A stretch of DNA of 41,960 nt from Candidatus Woesearchaeota archaeon (GCA_041631255.1 JBFKKL010000002.1:1-41960), one strand, 5' to 3'; shown: positions 8,642 through 18,475, counted from the stretch's first letter. Translations and numbers: made by a program. Notes: generated by a model not told the origin, from the letters alone.

Positions 8642-10174
8642 TTACCCACACTCTCCTGTTATATTGTATTGACAAATATTTCCGCTAGGGTCTATTTTCA
8701 AAAGCCAAATATCATAACCTCCAGACCCCCAACTATTAGTTGCAGTAGGAAGTAGTATACTTTTATCTGTATTAATGATAGGTTTTGTAAAATAATTAAG
8801 TTCACTTGAAGGTCCTCCATAGGTGTAATTTGATAATATTTCTAAGTTTCTATTTAGGAAAACAATTTGAACATCATAATTTCCATTTGGTTGAGCATAC
8901 CCTGCACCTATAAAAATATTATCATCAAACTTCTCTATTGCAACCATTTTGTCTACTCCACCAAATTCAATAGTTATATTTTTATTCAAATACCCAGTTT
9001 CATTAAATATTGCATAAAAGCTTTCAGATAATGTATAACCTGCAACTATAAAAGAACTGCTATTTATTCTTTCAAAGTCAGAAAATATTTCTTGTGTTGT
9101 TCCAAAATTATACGATTTATTCCATAATAAATCTCCGGTATCGTTAAAACTTATTAGAAGCGTTTCGTAATCATTGTTACTTGTTCTATTTTTATATCCT
9201 GATGCTATATATAATCCATCTGAAATTTCTTCAACATGATATAGTGCGTCTCCTTTACCAGAACTAAAATCATAAGATTTATTCCAAATAATTCCTCCTG
9301 ACAAATTCATTTTCACAATATAAGCATCACCATCAGCATAGCCTGAAGCAGTGACATTATTTGTCCCTATAATTATTAATTCATTTTGAGAGTTCTCAAT
9401 AACTCTAAGAAAAACATCAGTTCCCGAGATGTTAAGAGTGTAGTTCCAAAGTATTTCACCATTTAAATCAATTTTTGTCACAAAAACGTCTCCTTTTGGC
9501 GGCGTAGAAATTCCATTATAGTTTCCAACTACAACAATTTTATTATCTGAAGTTTCAAGAATGTCCCAAAAGTAATCGCTATCAGGACTATGTCCATATG
9601 TTTTATTCCATATAACTTCCCCTGTCATGTCAGTTTTAAATATTAGTGCATCATAACCTGAGGAATTAAAAGAACTAGTATATCCTTCAAAATAATAAAA
9701 ATTATCGCTTGCCAAAAGTCCTCTTCCTACAACAACTTCTGTTCCAGTACCACCAAAAAGTTTTGCAAACGTCACATAACCTCCAGTATAAAAATTATTC
9801 TTATGAATTTTTTTAGATAAAATACCTTGTGTAGTAAAGATAGTAACTTCAGCATCTTTGTTAGTATAACTATAAGTACAGTTTCCCAAATCAATTTCAT
9901 TCATACCATAACTTAAATTACCGCTTAAAGAACAATCTCTTGTTCCGAAAGAAACTTTAGTATATTCAACATCTTCATTTTGAGAGTTATAGAAGTAAAG
10001 CTTAGTTCCAACAACATTATCAATTCTATTCTGGATATTTGACCCTGTATTTTCAACATTATTTTGCAAATCTGATTGATAAAAATTAAGAAATTGTTGA
10101 AATCCAACTACTGAAACTACGGCCACAATTAAAAGTAAACTAACTGCAACAACAGGGCCAATCGCTTTTTTCAC
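8642..10174 (-). CDS. surface protein: archaeal class III (flagellin/pilin N-terminal-like) signal plus beta-propeller-like repeats, sequon-rich
   Basis: MKKAIGPVVAVSLLLIVAVVSVVGF matches the archaeal pilin/flagellin N-terminal domain. There are four repeats of the type [IL][IL]WN[KY][ST]Y...[IV][GA]GY and 17 N-x-S/T sequons by hand count. A TATA-like element (10193-10206, minus strand) lies about 26 nt upstream. Confidence 0.75.
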   Translation of the reverse strand: MKKAIGPVVAVSLLLIVAVVSVVGFQQFLNFYQSDLQNNVENTGSNIQNRIDNVVGTKLYFYNSQNEDVEYTKVSFGTRDCSLSGNLSYGMNEIDLGNCTYSYTNKDAEVTIFTTQGILSKKIHKNNFYTGGYVTFAKLFGGTGTEVVVGRGLLASDNFYYFEGYTSSFNSSGYDALIFKTDMTGEVIWNKTYGHSPDSDYFWDILETSDNKIVVVGNYNGISTPPKGDVFVTKIDLNGEILWNYTLNISGTDVFLRVIENSQNELIIIGTNNVTASGYADGDAYIVKMNLSGGIIWNKSYDFSSGKGDALYHVEEISDGLYIASGYKNRTSNNDYETLLISFNDTGDLLWNKSYNFGTTQEIFSDFERINSSSFIVAGYTLSESFYAIFNETGYLNKNITIEFGGVDKMVAIEKFDDNIFIGAGYAQPNGNYDVQIVFLNRNLEILSNYTYGGPSSELNYFTKPIINTDKSILLPTATNSWGSGGYDIWLLKIDPSGNICQYNITGECG

Positions 10175-10214
10175 TTTAGTTTTTATGGATAGTTTTATTT
10201 AAATAACTTTGTAG

Positions 10215-11195
10215 TTATTCAAATTTCCACGTTTCAGGATATGTGCCAGGGTCCATAAACACTTTGTGAGTTTTCACAAATGCACCTTTATTTTTCTTCA
10301 TTACATCTTTTGATGTTAGAAAAGCTGTTCCCATTGCAATAAGTTCTCCTTTCAAACTTAATATTGCAACTTCTTCTCCCAGCTCAATTCCTTCATCTAA
10401 TTCAGAAACTCCGGGAATCGCAAGATCAGATCCAAAACATAGTGAATTCACAGCAGAATCTCTAGCATAAACTTTTTTAAAGTCTTTAAGAACAATTTCC
10501 ATAGGTTTTATGTACTTTCTTAATTCACTTTCATATTTTTTATCTTTCTTATACAATTCATATAAATTTCTCAACTTATCAAGTGAGATTGAATCATTTT
10601 CTTCACGAAGCGGTCCTGCCTTTGTACGCCTCAATTCAAGCATTTGACCTTTAGTACCCATTGAATCTGCCATATCCACACATAATTTTCTAATATAAGT
10701 CCCATGTTGACAAAGTACTCGAAATAAAACATGTTTTTTATCTTCATGAATTTCTAAAATTTCATTTTCATAAATTTCCCGTTCTCTCTCTTGTCTTTTA
10801 ACAGCTGAAACAATAGGAGGAGTCTGCATAATTTTCCCCGTAAATTTTTTGAAAATATTTCGAATAGTTTTCTCATCAACTTCTTTGTGTAAATAAAGCA
10901 AACAAACATATTCTTTTGGAGATTTCAACATATATTCCATGAGTCTTGTGGCTTTTCCTAAACCAACAAGTAAAATTCCTGTAACTTGTGGGTCAAGTGT
11001 TCCTGAATGTCCTGCTTTATCAATGCTCAAGATACATTTAACATTTGTTACAACAGTTTGAGAAGTAGGTCCAGCATCTTTGTCAACATTAATAATTCCC
11101 CTATCAAAAAGTTCAGTTATAGTTCTTTTAGAAGGTTTTTTACCAAATTTATCGTTAGTTTTTTCCTTGCACTTTACAAGAATTTTATTATTCAT
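10215..11195 (-). CDS. cbf5: H/ACA RNP pseudouridine synthase Cbf5 (TruB family with PUA domain)
   Basis: Catalytic motif GHSGTLDPQVTGILLVGLGKATRL, a C-terminal PUA-like region, and a 326-aa length. Confidence 0.93.
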   Translation of the reverse strand: MNNKILVKCKEKTNDKFGKKPSKRTITELFDRGIINVDKDAGPTSQTVVTNVKCILSIDKAGHSGTLDPQVTGILLVGLGKATRLMEYMLKSPKEYVCLLYLHKEVDEKTIRNIFKKFTGKIMQTPPIVSAVKRQEREREIYENEILEIHEDKKHVLFRVLCQHGTYIRKLCVDMADSMGTKGQMLELRRTKAGPLREENDSISLDKLRNLYELYKKDKKYESELRKYIKPMEIVLKDFKKVYARDSAVNSLCFGSDLAIPGVSELDEGIELGEEVAILSLKGELIAMGTAFLTSKDVMKKNKGAFVKTHKVFMDPGTYPETWKFE

Positions 11196-11217
11196 ACTTC
11201 AAAGAAGCTAGAACTTA

Positions 11218-11226
11218 TTTATAAAA
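11218..11226 (-). promoter_or_regulatory. TATA-box-like element for cbf5
   Basis: TTTTATAAA on the minus strand is centred about 27 nt upstream of the ATG at 11195. Confidence 0.45.
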
Positions 11227-11282
11227 CTCATCAATTATAATCGTAAATTATTTAATGTAATATTTTCTCTCAAATATAAATT

Positions 11283-12035
11283 ATGGATAGAGCTTTAACA
11301 ATTTCTTTCTTCCCACCAAAAGAAATTGAAGATTTTGCAAGAACTTTATGTCACGATTCAAATAGAATACATTCAATTAATCAAGGAGAAAGGCAAATAG
11401 TTCCAGGAGATTATCTATCTAGTTTTTATCTAGCAAATTGTAATGGAAATTTATTTGGTAAACATTCTTTTAATTTTTTAAAACCCGTTTTTTCAAAAAA
11501 GGAACCTATAAGCTTCCACAATGGAAAAATTCAGGGTCTCTCTTCAGGAATTGAATATGGAAGAGTTATTTCAGAAAATTCAAGCGATTCTCAATTAAAG
11601 ATCAATGATCAAGGGGAAAGACTTTCTTTTAATGAAGAGAATTTATATAATTTAATTGCAACTTATTTTCCAAGTTTTAACACTTGTGAAAATTATCATC
11701 CTATTGCTTCTTCGGTTTTAGCAACAAGAATGCTCTCGTGTAAATATGAAGAAGAATTATTAAAACATGGTTATTCATATGATGAAGAATCTAGTCTTGC
11801 AAAATATACAAATTTTTCATTTATAGTAGACAAAAAGTTATCTGACACAAAGAAAGAGGATTTAGAATTAATGTTAAATTTATCTTCAAAATGTTTAAGG
11901 AGACAAGGAATTGTAAAACAAAAAGTAGTTGGCACTCTAATTGATAGAAACAATAATCCTGTATTATCTTTAGAGAAAGAAGTTGCATTTATGAGATTAA
12001 TCCCGGTAAGACCTAACGGGCGTACACTTCAATAA
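11283..12035 (+). CDS. hypothetical protein
   Basis: 250-aa ORF in a stop-rich AT-rich background. A weak resemblance of FARTLCHDSNRIHSINQGERQIVPGDYL to the MaoC/hotdog motif is not strong enough to call. Confidence 0.55.
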   Translation: MDRALTISFFPPKEIEDFARTLCHDSNRIHSINQGERQIVPGDYLSSFYLANCNGNLFGKHSFNFLKPVFSKKEPISFHNGKIQGLSSGIEYGRVISENSSDSQLKINDQGERLSFNEENLYNLIATYFPSFNTCENYHPIASSVLATRMLSCKYEEELLKHGYSYDEESSLAKYTNFSFIVDKKLSDTKKEDLELMLNLSSKCLRRQGIVKQKVVGTLIDRNNNPVLSLEKEVAFMRLIPVRPNGRTLQ

Positions 12036-13140
12036 TATCTTCATGTTGAATTTTATGATCAAGGCCAATTCTTTGCCAATCAAATTTAGCGGAAGGACCT
12101 TTAACTTTTGCATATTTAAATTTTTTCAAAAAATCTTTATGAATTTTTAAACATAAGTCTTGAACAGTATTACCTTTTTTCAAAACAAGTGGTTTTTCCA
12201 TGTCAGGATCTTTTCTTTGCTCTTTAAGGTAAGCCCAAATAAATCCAAGTTGATCCCATAAGAAATCTTTAAACTTGTCTAGATTAATTTCTTGATCAGC
12301 ACTCACTCCAAAAAGTGGAAATTGAGGATATTTTTTTCTAACTAAATCTACTTTTGCTTTCATCTCATTTGGAGAAAATAAATCAATTTTATTCATACAG
12401 ATAACTGCCTTTTTATATTCTAAATTTCCATAACATGCATCAATAAAATCATCGACTTTCAATCCTTTTTCATGAATTATAACTTCAGCATTAACATATT
12501 TCTGGTCATGTAAAACTTGCTCAATTAACTCATAAGGTATAGTTTCTTCAGAATTATTGAGTGGAACATTAATTCCTCCATTAAAAGCTCTTTTAACTTC
12601 AATATTTGCTTTACTTTGGTTAAATCTTAAACCTGCCTTTTTAGTTTCATTAAGAAGCATTTCAATTTCCTCAAGTGGATATCTTGAATCAATAACAAGA
12701 ACTACCATATCACATGCACGAACAACAGATAAAACTTTTTTTCCAAAACCTCTATTATCAGCTGCCCTATCAATAATTCCAGGTAAATCTAAAATTTGTA
12801 AATTTGTATGCTTAAAATGCAAAAGTCCAGGAATTACATCAAGTGTTGTAAATTCATAAGCTCCAATTTTTGATTCTTTATTTGTAATTTTCCCAAGAAG
12901 TGTAGATTTTCCAACCGAAGGCTTTCCAAGTAATCCAATTGTTGAATCACCTTCTTTTTTAACCGCAAATCCCTCCCCTACAGATTTTCCTTTAGAAAGT
13001 TTTGCTTCAAGTTCTTCTTTGAATTTAGCAATTTTAGCCTTTAAAAGTCCAACTGAAGCTTCAGTTCTTTTATTAACTTTAGTATTTTTTAGCTCATTTT
13101 CTAATTCTTCTATTTTTTCTTTTAATTCTTCATGAGCCAT
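12013..13140 (-). CDS. developmentally regulated GTP-binding protein (DRG/Rbg family, OBG-like GTPase with TGS domain)
   Basis: N-terminal helical NKRTE...LKAKIAKFK region, G1 GKPSVGKSTLL, G2 TTLDVIPG, G3 DLPGII, and a C-terminal TGS-like ...HEDIIEV. Confidence 0.9.
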   Translation of the reverse strand: MAHEELKEKIEELENELKNTKVNKRTEASVGLLKAKIAKFKEELEAKLSKGKSVGEGFAVKKEGDSTIGLLGKPSVGKSTLLGKITNKESKIGAYEFTTLDVIPGLLHFKHTNLQILDLPGIIDRAADNRGFGKKVLSVVRACDMVVLVIDSRYPLEEIEMLLNETKKAGLRFNQSKANIEVKRAFNGGINVPLNNSEETIPYELIEQVLHDQKYVNAEVIIHEKGLKVDDFIDACYGNLEYKKAVICMNKIDLFSPNEMKAKVDLVRKKYPQFPLFGVSADQEINLDKFKDFLWDQLGFIWAYLKEQRKDPDMEKPLVLKKGNTVQDLCLKIHKDFLKKFKYAKVKGPSAKFDWQRIGLDHKIQHEDIIEVYAR

Positions 13141-13188
13141 TTTCTAGAATTTTAAGTAAATGGTGTTTTAAAAAATTAATTCTTTAAT

Positions 13189-13728
13189 TCACTCAATTCT
13201 AACAATAAGTGGAGTACTTTCTCCATTATTTAATTCAACAACTGCAGTAAATGAACAAGTTTGGGCAGTAACTTTAGTTGCTGAAATATAAATTGGAATC
13301 CTTGCTCCTTCGCCTCTGGAAATATCAATTCCATCTCTAATTTCTGTAACTAAAAGCGTTCCACAATTACTTGATTGAATTTCACCTTGAGGATAATTTG
13401 CTAGTTCAGCATTATTTTTTTTAACTTTTATGCTAAAAGTCTCAGAATCCTCACCTCGATTAATGACTGAAGCTGAAACTGTAGTTCTTTCTCCTTGTCT
13501 AAGTTTCACAGAGGGCACACAAATCCATTCATTTGACCCACTACATTCTAAATCTTGAATCCCAGTTTGAACTTGTTTTCTCAAATCATCAACAGTATCT
13601 TCACTCTCTCCAGCTATTTGTCCAAATAATCCAAACCCTAATCCAAAAATTACAAGTCCAATTATCATTGTAACAACTATTTGAATTGGAAGCTCCATTG
13701 CTAGCTTATTTTTACTAATTCTAACCAT
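13189..13728 (-). CDS. prepilin-like (class III signal) protein with an Ig-like beta-rich body
   Basis: A basic leader MVRISKNKLA is followed by MELPIQIVVTMIIGLVIFGLGFGLF. The ORF-track start at 13734 is a GTG, so I prefer the ATG at 13728. It lies directly behind the upstream gene's stop at 13731-13733. Confidence 0.65.
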   Translation of the reverse strand: MVRISKNKLAMELPIQIVVTMIIGLVIFGLGFGLFGQIAGESEDTVDDLRKQVQTGIQDLECSGSNEWICVPSVKLRQGERTTVSASVINRGEDSETFSIKVKKNNAELANYPQGEIQSSNCGTLLVTEIRDGIDISRGEGARIPIYISATKVTAQTCSFTAVVELNNGESTPLIVRIE

Positions 13729-13730
13729 TT

Positions 13731-14474
13731 TCACAAACTAAAATCAAATGATTTTTTTGAGTCTAAAAAATCAGTTGCCCTAAAAGATAAAATCATAACT
13801 CCTCCTTCCATTTCACAAATCAAATCTTTCATCCCTTCATCAGATCTAAGCATCTTAAAAGATTTCAGTTTAGAAAATTGTTTTATATTTGCAATAAACC
13901 AAGAGTTTTGCAGTTTTGCATCATCTTTTGATTTAAATGCATCTTTTTCTCTAAATCCTACTTGAAAAAGAGGTTTGCCATTTGCAACACTTAATGAACT
14001 CTCATCTTCAACATTCTTGAATAAGTTTTCTTTCCCAAATATATTAACAAGTTCATTATAATTTTCTTGAGCTTCAGAAAAGAACCTATCAATTTCTTCA
14101 TTTTGTTTAGAACTAATTTCATCAATTGTTGCAAATTCATCATCCTCATCTTGAGTTTCATATTCAGAAATTTTCTCAACTTCAGGTAGCTTTTTGGTTT
14201 CAGGTTCAACTTTTTTTTCTTTAATAACTTCAACTTGGACAGGCGTTAACTCTTTTTCACGTTTATCAAGAAGATTTCTTACTCTGTTAATTTCATCAAC
14301 AGAACTCAATGTTGCAACAAACTCTTTTGGCGAAATAATTGTTTCTGAAGCTCCAAAATTTTCTTCAATTTCTTCACTTTCTCCATTCATCATAGAATCA
14401 AGTTTTCTTTGCTCTTCTTCACTTAAATTGTGATCTTCATCATTAGCAGAAAAAAAATTTTTGAAAAATCCCAT
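13731..14474 (-). CDS. acidic hypothetical protein with an amphipathic N-terminus
   Basis: 247-aa ORF. It starts MGFFKNFFS, has a very Glu/Asp-rich middle, and a C-terminal globular-looking part. I recognise no family. Confidence 0.6.
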   Translation of the reverse strand: MGFFKNFFSANDEDHNLSEEEQRKLDSMMNGESEEIEENFGASETIISPKEFVATLSSVDEINRVRNLLDKREKELTPVQVEVIKEKKVEPETKKLPEVEKISEYETQDEDDEFATIDEISSKQNEEIDRFFSEAQENYNELVNIFGKENLFKNVEDESSLSVANGKPLFQVGFREKDAFKSKDDAKLQNSWFIANIKQFSKLKSFKMLRSDEGMKDLICEMEGGVMILSFRATDFLDSKKSFDFSL

Positions 14475-14550
14475 AGAATTCCATTTAGAAACTGAATTTA
14501 AAAGAAGTTGTACAAACAGAAAGTAGAAACTACTAATAAAGACATAAACA

Positions 14551-14558
14551 TTTATAAA
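14551..14558 (+). promoter_or_regulatory. TATA-box-like element for glyS
   Basis: TTTATAAA is centred about 26 nt upstream of the ATG at 14581. Confidence 0.45.
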
Positions 14559-14580
14559 ACTATAAATTTAGCCTTTATCT

Positions 14581-16104
14581 ATGACAAAACTCTCAATTGA
14601 AGACGTTGCAACATTTTGTAAGAAAAAAGGATTTGTATTTCAAGCAGCGGAGATTTATGGAGGACTTTCAGGGTTTTTTGATTTTGGTCCACTTGGAGTT
14701 GAATTGAAGAATAATATAAAAAGAACATATATGAAAGAATTCGTTCATAAAAAAGATAATATTGTGGCTCAGGATGGAGCAATTATTACTAATCCAAAAG
14801 TGTGGAAAGCATCAGGGCATGTGGATAATTTTGCAGATTTAATTATAACAACAAAAACAACAAAAACAAAACTTAGGGCAGATCATTTTATTGAAGATGA
14901 ATTAAACATTCCTGCTGATGGTATGTCTGCTAAAGAGATTAACGAATTAATAAAAAAACACGACTTAAGGTATAAAGGAGAAGAACTTGAGGAAGTTAAA
15001 GACTTCAACTTAATGTTTGAGGCTCAAATTGGTGCAGACCCATCCAAGAATTCAACAAGTTATCTAAGGCCTGAAACATGTCAGTCAATTTTTCCAAATT
15101 TCAAATTAGTTGCTGATGTTTCAAGAGCAAAATTGCCTTTTGGTATAACTCAGGTGGGTAAAGCATTTAGAAATGAAATTTCTCCAAGAGACTTTGTTTT
15201 TAGATGTAGAGAATTTGAACAAATTGAAATGGAATATTTCTTTAATCCTAGTGAAGAGTGCAAAGAATTCCAAGATAAACATAAAAAACTCAAAGTTCAA
15301 TTACTTTCAGCAAAGACCCAAGATGAAGGAAAAGAAACAATGGAAGAAATTACTATTGAGGAAATTGTGAAGAGAGGAATTATTAACGAAACTCACGGTT
15401 TTCTGGCTGCAGAATTTATGATTTGGTTAACTGAGAAAATTGGGCTTGATTCCAAGAATTTAAGACTTAGAGAACATGTTTCAACTGAACTTTCACATTA
15501 CTCAAGAGGTACAGTTGACATAGATTATAATTATCCTTTCGGTTTCAAAGAGATGATAGGTATTGCAAATAGGGGTGACTTTGATTTGAAACAACATCAA
15601 GAACATTCAAAATCAAAACTTGAGTTTTTTGATGAAACATCTAAAACAAAATTAATTCCTCACGTTATAGAACCTTCTATGGGTATTGAGAGATTTTTCT
15701 TTGCAGTTCTTTATGAATCATATGAAGAAGATAAAGAAAGAGGAAATATTGTTCTTAAAATATCAAATACTTTAGCACCATACAAAGTTGCAGTCTTTCC
15801 TTTAATGAATAAACCTGAACTGACAAGTATTGCAAGAAAAATTCATGAAGAATTATTAGAAGAAGACATTGTATCATTTCTTGATGTGAGTGGTTCCGTT
15901 GGAAAAAGATACGCAAGGCAAGATGAGATAGGAACTCCATATTGTCTAACTGTTGATTATGAATGTATTGAAGAAGGTAAAGAGAAAGGAACAATAACAA
16001 TTCGTGATAGAGATTCAACAAATCAAAAGAGAATAAAAACTGAAAATATTCAAGACACAATTAGGAGTTTAATTAAAGGAAAAATAGAGTTCAAAGATTT
16101 ATAA
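14581..16104 (+). CDS. glyS: glycyl-tRNA synthetase (archaeal/eukaryotic-type class II)
   Basis: The N-terminus has AAEIYGGLSGFFDFGPLGVELKNNIK, class II motifs include FRNEISPR, and there is a C-terminal anticodon-binding domain. Confidence 0.93.
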   Translation: MTKLSIEDVATFCKKKGFVFQAAEIYGGLSGFFDFGPLGVELKNNIKRTYMKEFVHKKDNIVAQDGAIITNPKVWKASGHVDNFADLIITTKTTKTKLRADHFIEDELNIPADGMSAKEINELIKKHDLRYKGEELEEVKDFNLMFEAQIGADPSKNSTSYLRPETCQSIFPNFKLVADVSRAKLPFGITQVGKAFRNEISPRDFVFRCREFEQIEMEYFFNPSEECKEFQDKHKKLKVQLLSAKTQDEGKETMEEITIEEIVKRGIINETHGFLAAEFMIWLTEKIGLDSKNLRLREHVSTELSHYSRGTVDIDYNYPFGFKEMIGIANRGDFDLKQHQEHSKSKLEFFDETSKTKLIPHVIEPSMGIERFFFAVLYESYEEDKERGNIVLKISNTLAPYKVAVFPLMNKPELTSIARKIHEELLEEDIVSFLDVSGSVGKRYARQDEIGTPYCLTVDYECIEEGKEKGTITIRDRDSTNQKRIKTENIQDTIRSLIKGKIEFKDL

Positions 16105-16105
16105 A

Positions 16106-17815
16106 ATGAGAGATGATGTTATAAAACTTTTAGAAAAAGAACTAAAAATAAAAAATCTAGATTCACTTTTAGAAGTTCCAAAAATCAGAACTCAAGGAGA
16201 CTTATCATTTCCTTGTTTCATATTATCTAAAGAATTAAAAAAAGCTCCAAATGAGTTAGCACAAGATTTAGCACAAAAATTAAAACCTAGTAAGTCTATT
16301 TCAAAGATTCAAGCAATTGGCCCATATCTAAATTTTTTTTATAATAATAATCAAGTAATAGAAGAGATTTTTAAGAAAATTGAAAAAAAGCAAATTTTCA
16401 AAGTTAAATCAGAAAATCCACAAAAAATTCTAATTGAGTACCCTTCACCAAATACAAACAAAGCACTTCACATAGGGCATACAAGAAATATGCTACTTGG
16501 AAATACTTTAGGAAATCTTCTAAGTAAAACAGGTCACAAAATAATTCGAATTAATTTGAATAATGATAGAGGTATTGCAATTTGTAAAGCAATGCTTTCA
16601 TATAAACTATTTGGAAAAAATCAAGAGCCAAAAGATATGAACTTAGAGCCAGATGAGTTTGTGTCTCACTGGTATGTTAAATTCGGTGAAGAATGTAAAA
16701 AGAATTCTAATCTTGATAAGGAAGCTCAAGAAATGCTTTTGAAATGGGAAGAAGGAGATAAAGAAACAAGAGCACTTTGGAAAAAATTAATGAAGTGGGT
16801 TTTTCAAGGCTACAAAGAAACTTACAAAGATTATAAAGTTCAAAAATTTGACAAAGAATATTTCGAATCTGAAATTTATGACAAAGGTAAAGACATTGTA
16901 CTTGATGCTTTGAAAAATAAAGTTAAAGGTTTTGGAAGAGAAGAAGATGGTGCAACTTTTGTTGATTTAGAAGATAAAAAACTAGATAAAAAATATCTTT
17001 TAAGAGGAGATGGAACAACTCTTTACATGACTCAAGACTTATATTTAGCCAAATTAAAACAAGATGAATTTAAGGCAGACAAATACATATTTATAGTTGG
17101 TGAAGAGCAGCAATATCATTTCAAAGTCCTTTTTGAAATTTTAGATAGACTAGGGTTTGAAGGAAATAAAAAGAATGTCCATTATTCTTATGGTTATGTT
17201 TATGATGATAAAGGAAAAAAATTTTCCTCAAGGCTAGGAAATACAGTTGGAGCAAGAGACATTCTAAATCAAATGATTCAAAAAGCCAAAGAGAATTTAA
17301 AAGATAAAGAATTGACCAAGAATCTACCTGAAAAAGAATTGGACAGAAGAGCAAAGGTAATAGGTTTTGGAGCTTTATCATTTGTATTTCTAAGAGCAAA
17401 CCCCCAAAGTACAATTAATTTTGACATAAATAAAGCACTTAGTTTTGAAGGAGAAACAGGGCCTTACATTCAGTATACTTATGCAAGAATTAAATCAATT
17501 TTAAGAAAAGCAGAGTATAAGAAATCAAAAATAAATGTAGAGGTTTTCAAAGAAAAAGAAATTGAATTAATCAAAGAGCTTGGAAAATATGATGAAATTG
17601 TAAAAGAGGCTGAAGAAAAATATAAGATATCTCACATTGCACTTTATCTTCTAAATCTAGCTCAAATGTTCAATGATTTTTATCAAAATATTTCAGTTCT
17701 AAATGCAGAAAGTGCAGAATTAAAACAATCAAGATTAGTATTGTGTGATTATACTAGTCAAATTATTAAAGAAGGATTATCTATTTTAGACATTGATGTT
17801 CTTGAAGAGATGTAG
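16106..17815 (+). CDS. argS: arginyl-tRNA synthetase
   Basis: It has the HIGH-region motif SPNTNKALHIGHTRN. Class I architecture with a C-terminal DALR-like anticodon-binding domain. The ATG lies 1 nt after the glyS stop. Confidence 0.93.
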   Translation: MRDDVIKLLEKELKIKNLDSLLEVPKIRTQGDLSFPCFILSKELKKAPNELAQDLAQKLKPSKSISKIQAIGPYLNFFYNNNQVIEEIFKKIEKKQIFKVKSENPQKILIEYPSPNTNKALHIGHTRNMLLGNTLGNLLSKTGHKIIRINLNNDRGIAICKAMLSYKLFGKNQEPKDMNLEPDEFVSHWYVKFGEECKKNSNLDKEAQEMLLKWEEGDKETRALWKKLMKWVFQGYKETYKDYKVQKFDKEYFESEIYDKGKDIVLDALKNKVKGFGREEDGATFVDLEDKKLDKKYLLRGDGTTLYMTQDLYLAKLKQDEFKADKYIFIVGEEQQYHFKVLFEILDRLGFEGNKKNVHYSYGYVYDDKGKKFSSRLGNTVGARDILNQMIQKAKENLKDKELTKNLPEKELDRRAKVIGFGALSFVFLRANPQSTINFDINKALSFEGETGPYIQYTYARIKSILRKAEYKKSKINVEVFKEKEIELIKELGKYDEIVKEAEEKYKISHIALYLLNLAQMFNDFYQNISVLNAESAELKQSRLVLCDYTSQIIKEGLSILDIDVLEEM

Positions 17816-17850
17816 AAATATTTTAAAAAGAGAATGAATCAAAAAGGAAT

Positions 17851-18117
17851 ATGAACGACAAAACAAGAAGAACTTTAGATGGCGTTGGAAGTAGAATCAG
17901 AGAATACTTTCCAAGAGAGGTTAGAGATAATCTTGAGACAACAATTAGAGAAAATGAAGTTTTAGTAAACTTGAGTAGTATTGGAGTAAGATATACTACG
18001 GGAATTTTAGAAGGTTTTTATAATGGAGATTGTGTAATTTCAAGGCATTGCAATAAAATGTCACATTTGCCAGGTGCTATGGGCCAAATTTTTGGAGAAC
18101 TTAGAAAATATCTCTAA
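17851..18117 (+). CDS. hypothetical protein (88 aa)
   Basis: ORF with a TATA-like ATATTTTAAAAA about 26 nt upstream of the ATG. No recognisable motif. Confidence 0.5.
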   Translation: MNDKTRRTLDGVGSRIREYFPREVRDNLETTIRENEVLVNLSSIGVRYTTGILEGFYNGDCVISRHCNKMSHLPGAMGQIFGELRKYL

Positions 18118-18156
18118 AATAAAAAGTTTTTTAAGTGTTAAAGTTACAAAACTTAT

Positions 18157-18468
18157 ATGACATTAGAAACAGATAAAAACGCAATAGAAGGTATGTTCAA
18201 AACAGTTGAAAATTTCAAAAAAGAAATAAAAAAAGATGCAAATTTTAGTGCAGAATTTAGGTCTTTAGAAAATTGGATGGAAAACTTAACAGACATAACT
18301 GCAAGTGAACATTATTTTACCCTTCAAAGTTTGATTGAAGATATGAGAATTAATTTAAACAATCCTTTTTCTCTTATATCAGTAGTTGATGATTATGAAA
18401 AAACTCTGAACAAACTATATGAGGAGTTAGGGTATAGAATCAGGGACAGCCAAAGAAAAGCTGCTTAA
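18157..18468 (+). CDS. hypothetical helical protein (103 aa)
   Basis: ORF with a T/A-rich element about 26 nt upstream and a T8 run directly downstream. No recognisable motif. Confidence 0.5.
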   Translation: MTLETDKNAIEGMFKTVENFKKEIKKDANFSAEFRSLENWMENLTDITASEHYFTLQSLIEDMRINLNNPFSLISVVDDYEKTLNKLYEELGYRIRDSQRKAA

Positions 18469-18475
18469 ACATCAC

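Noticed and set aside
11283-12035. Calling the 250-aa ORF a MaoC-like or hotdog-fold dehydratase
   Set aside because: Only one short segment (HDSNRIHSINQGERQIVPGDYL) loosely resembles the hydratase motif. The rest of the protein gives no support, so it is left as hypothetical.
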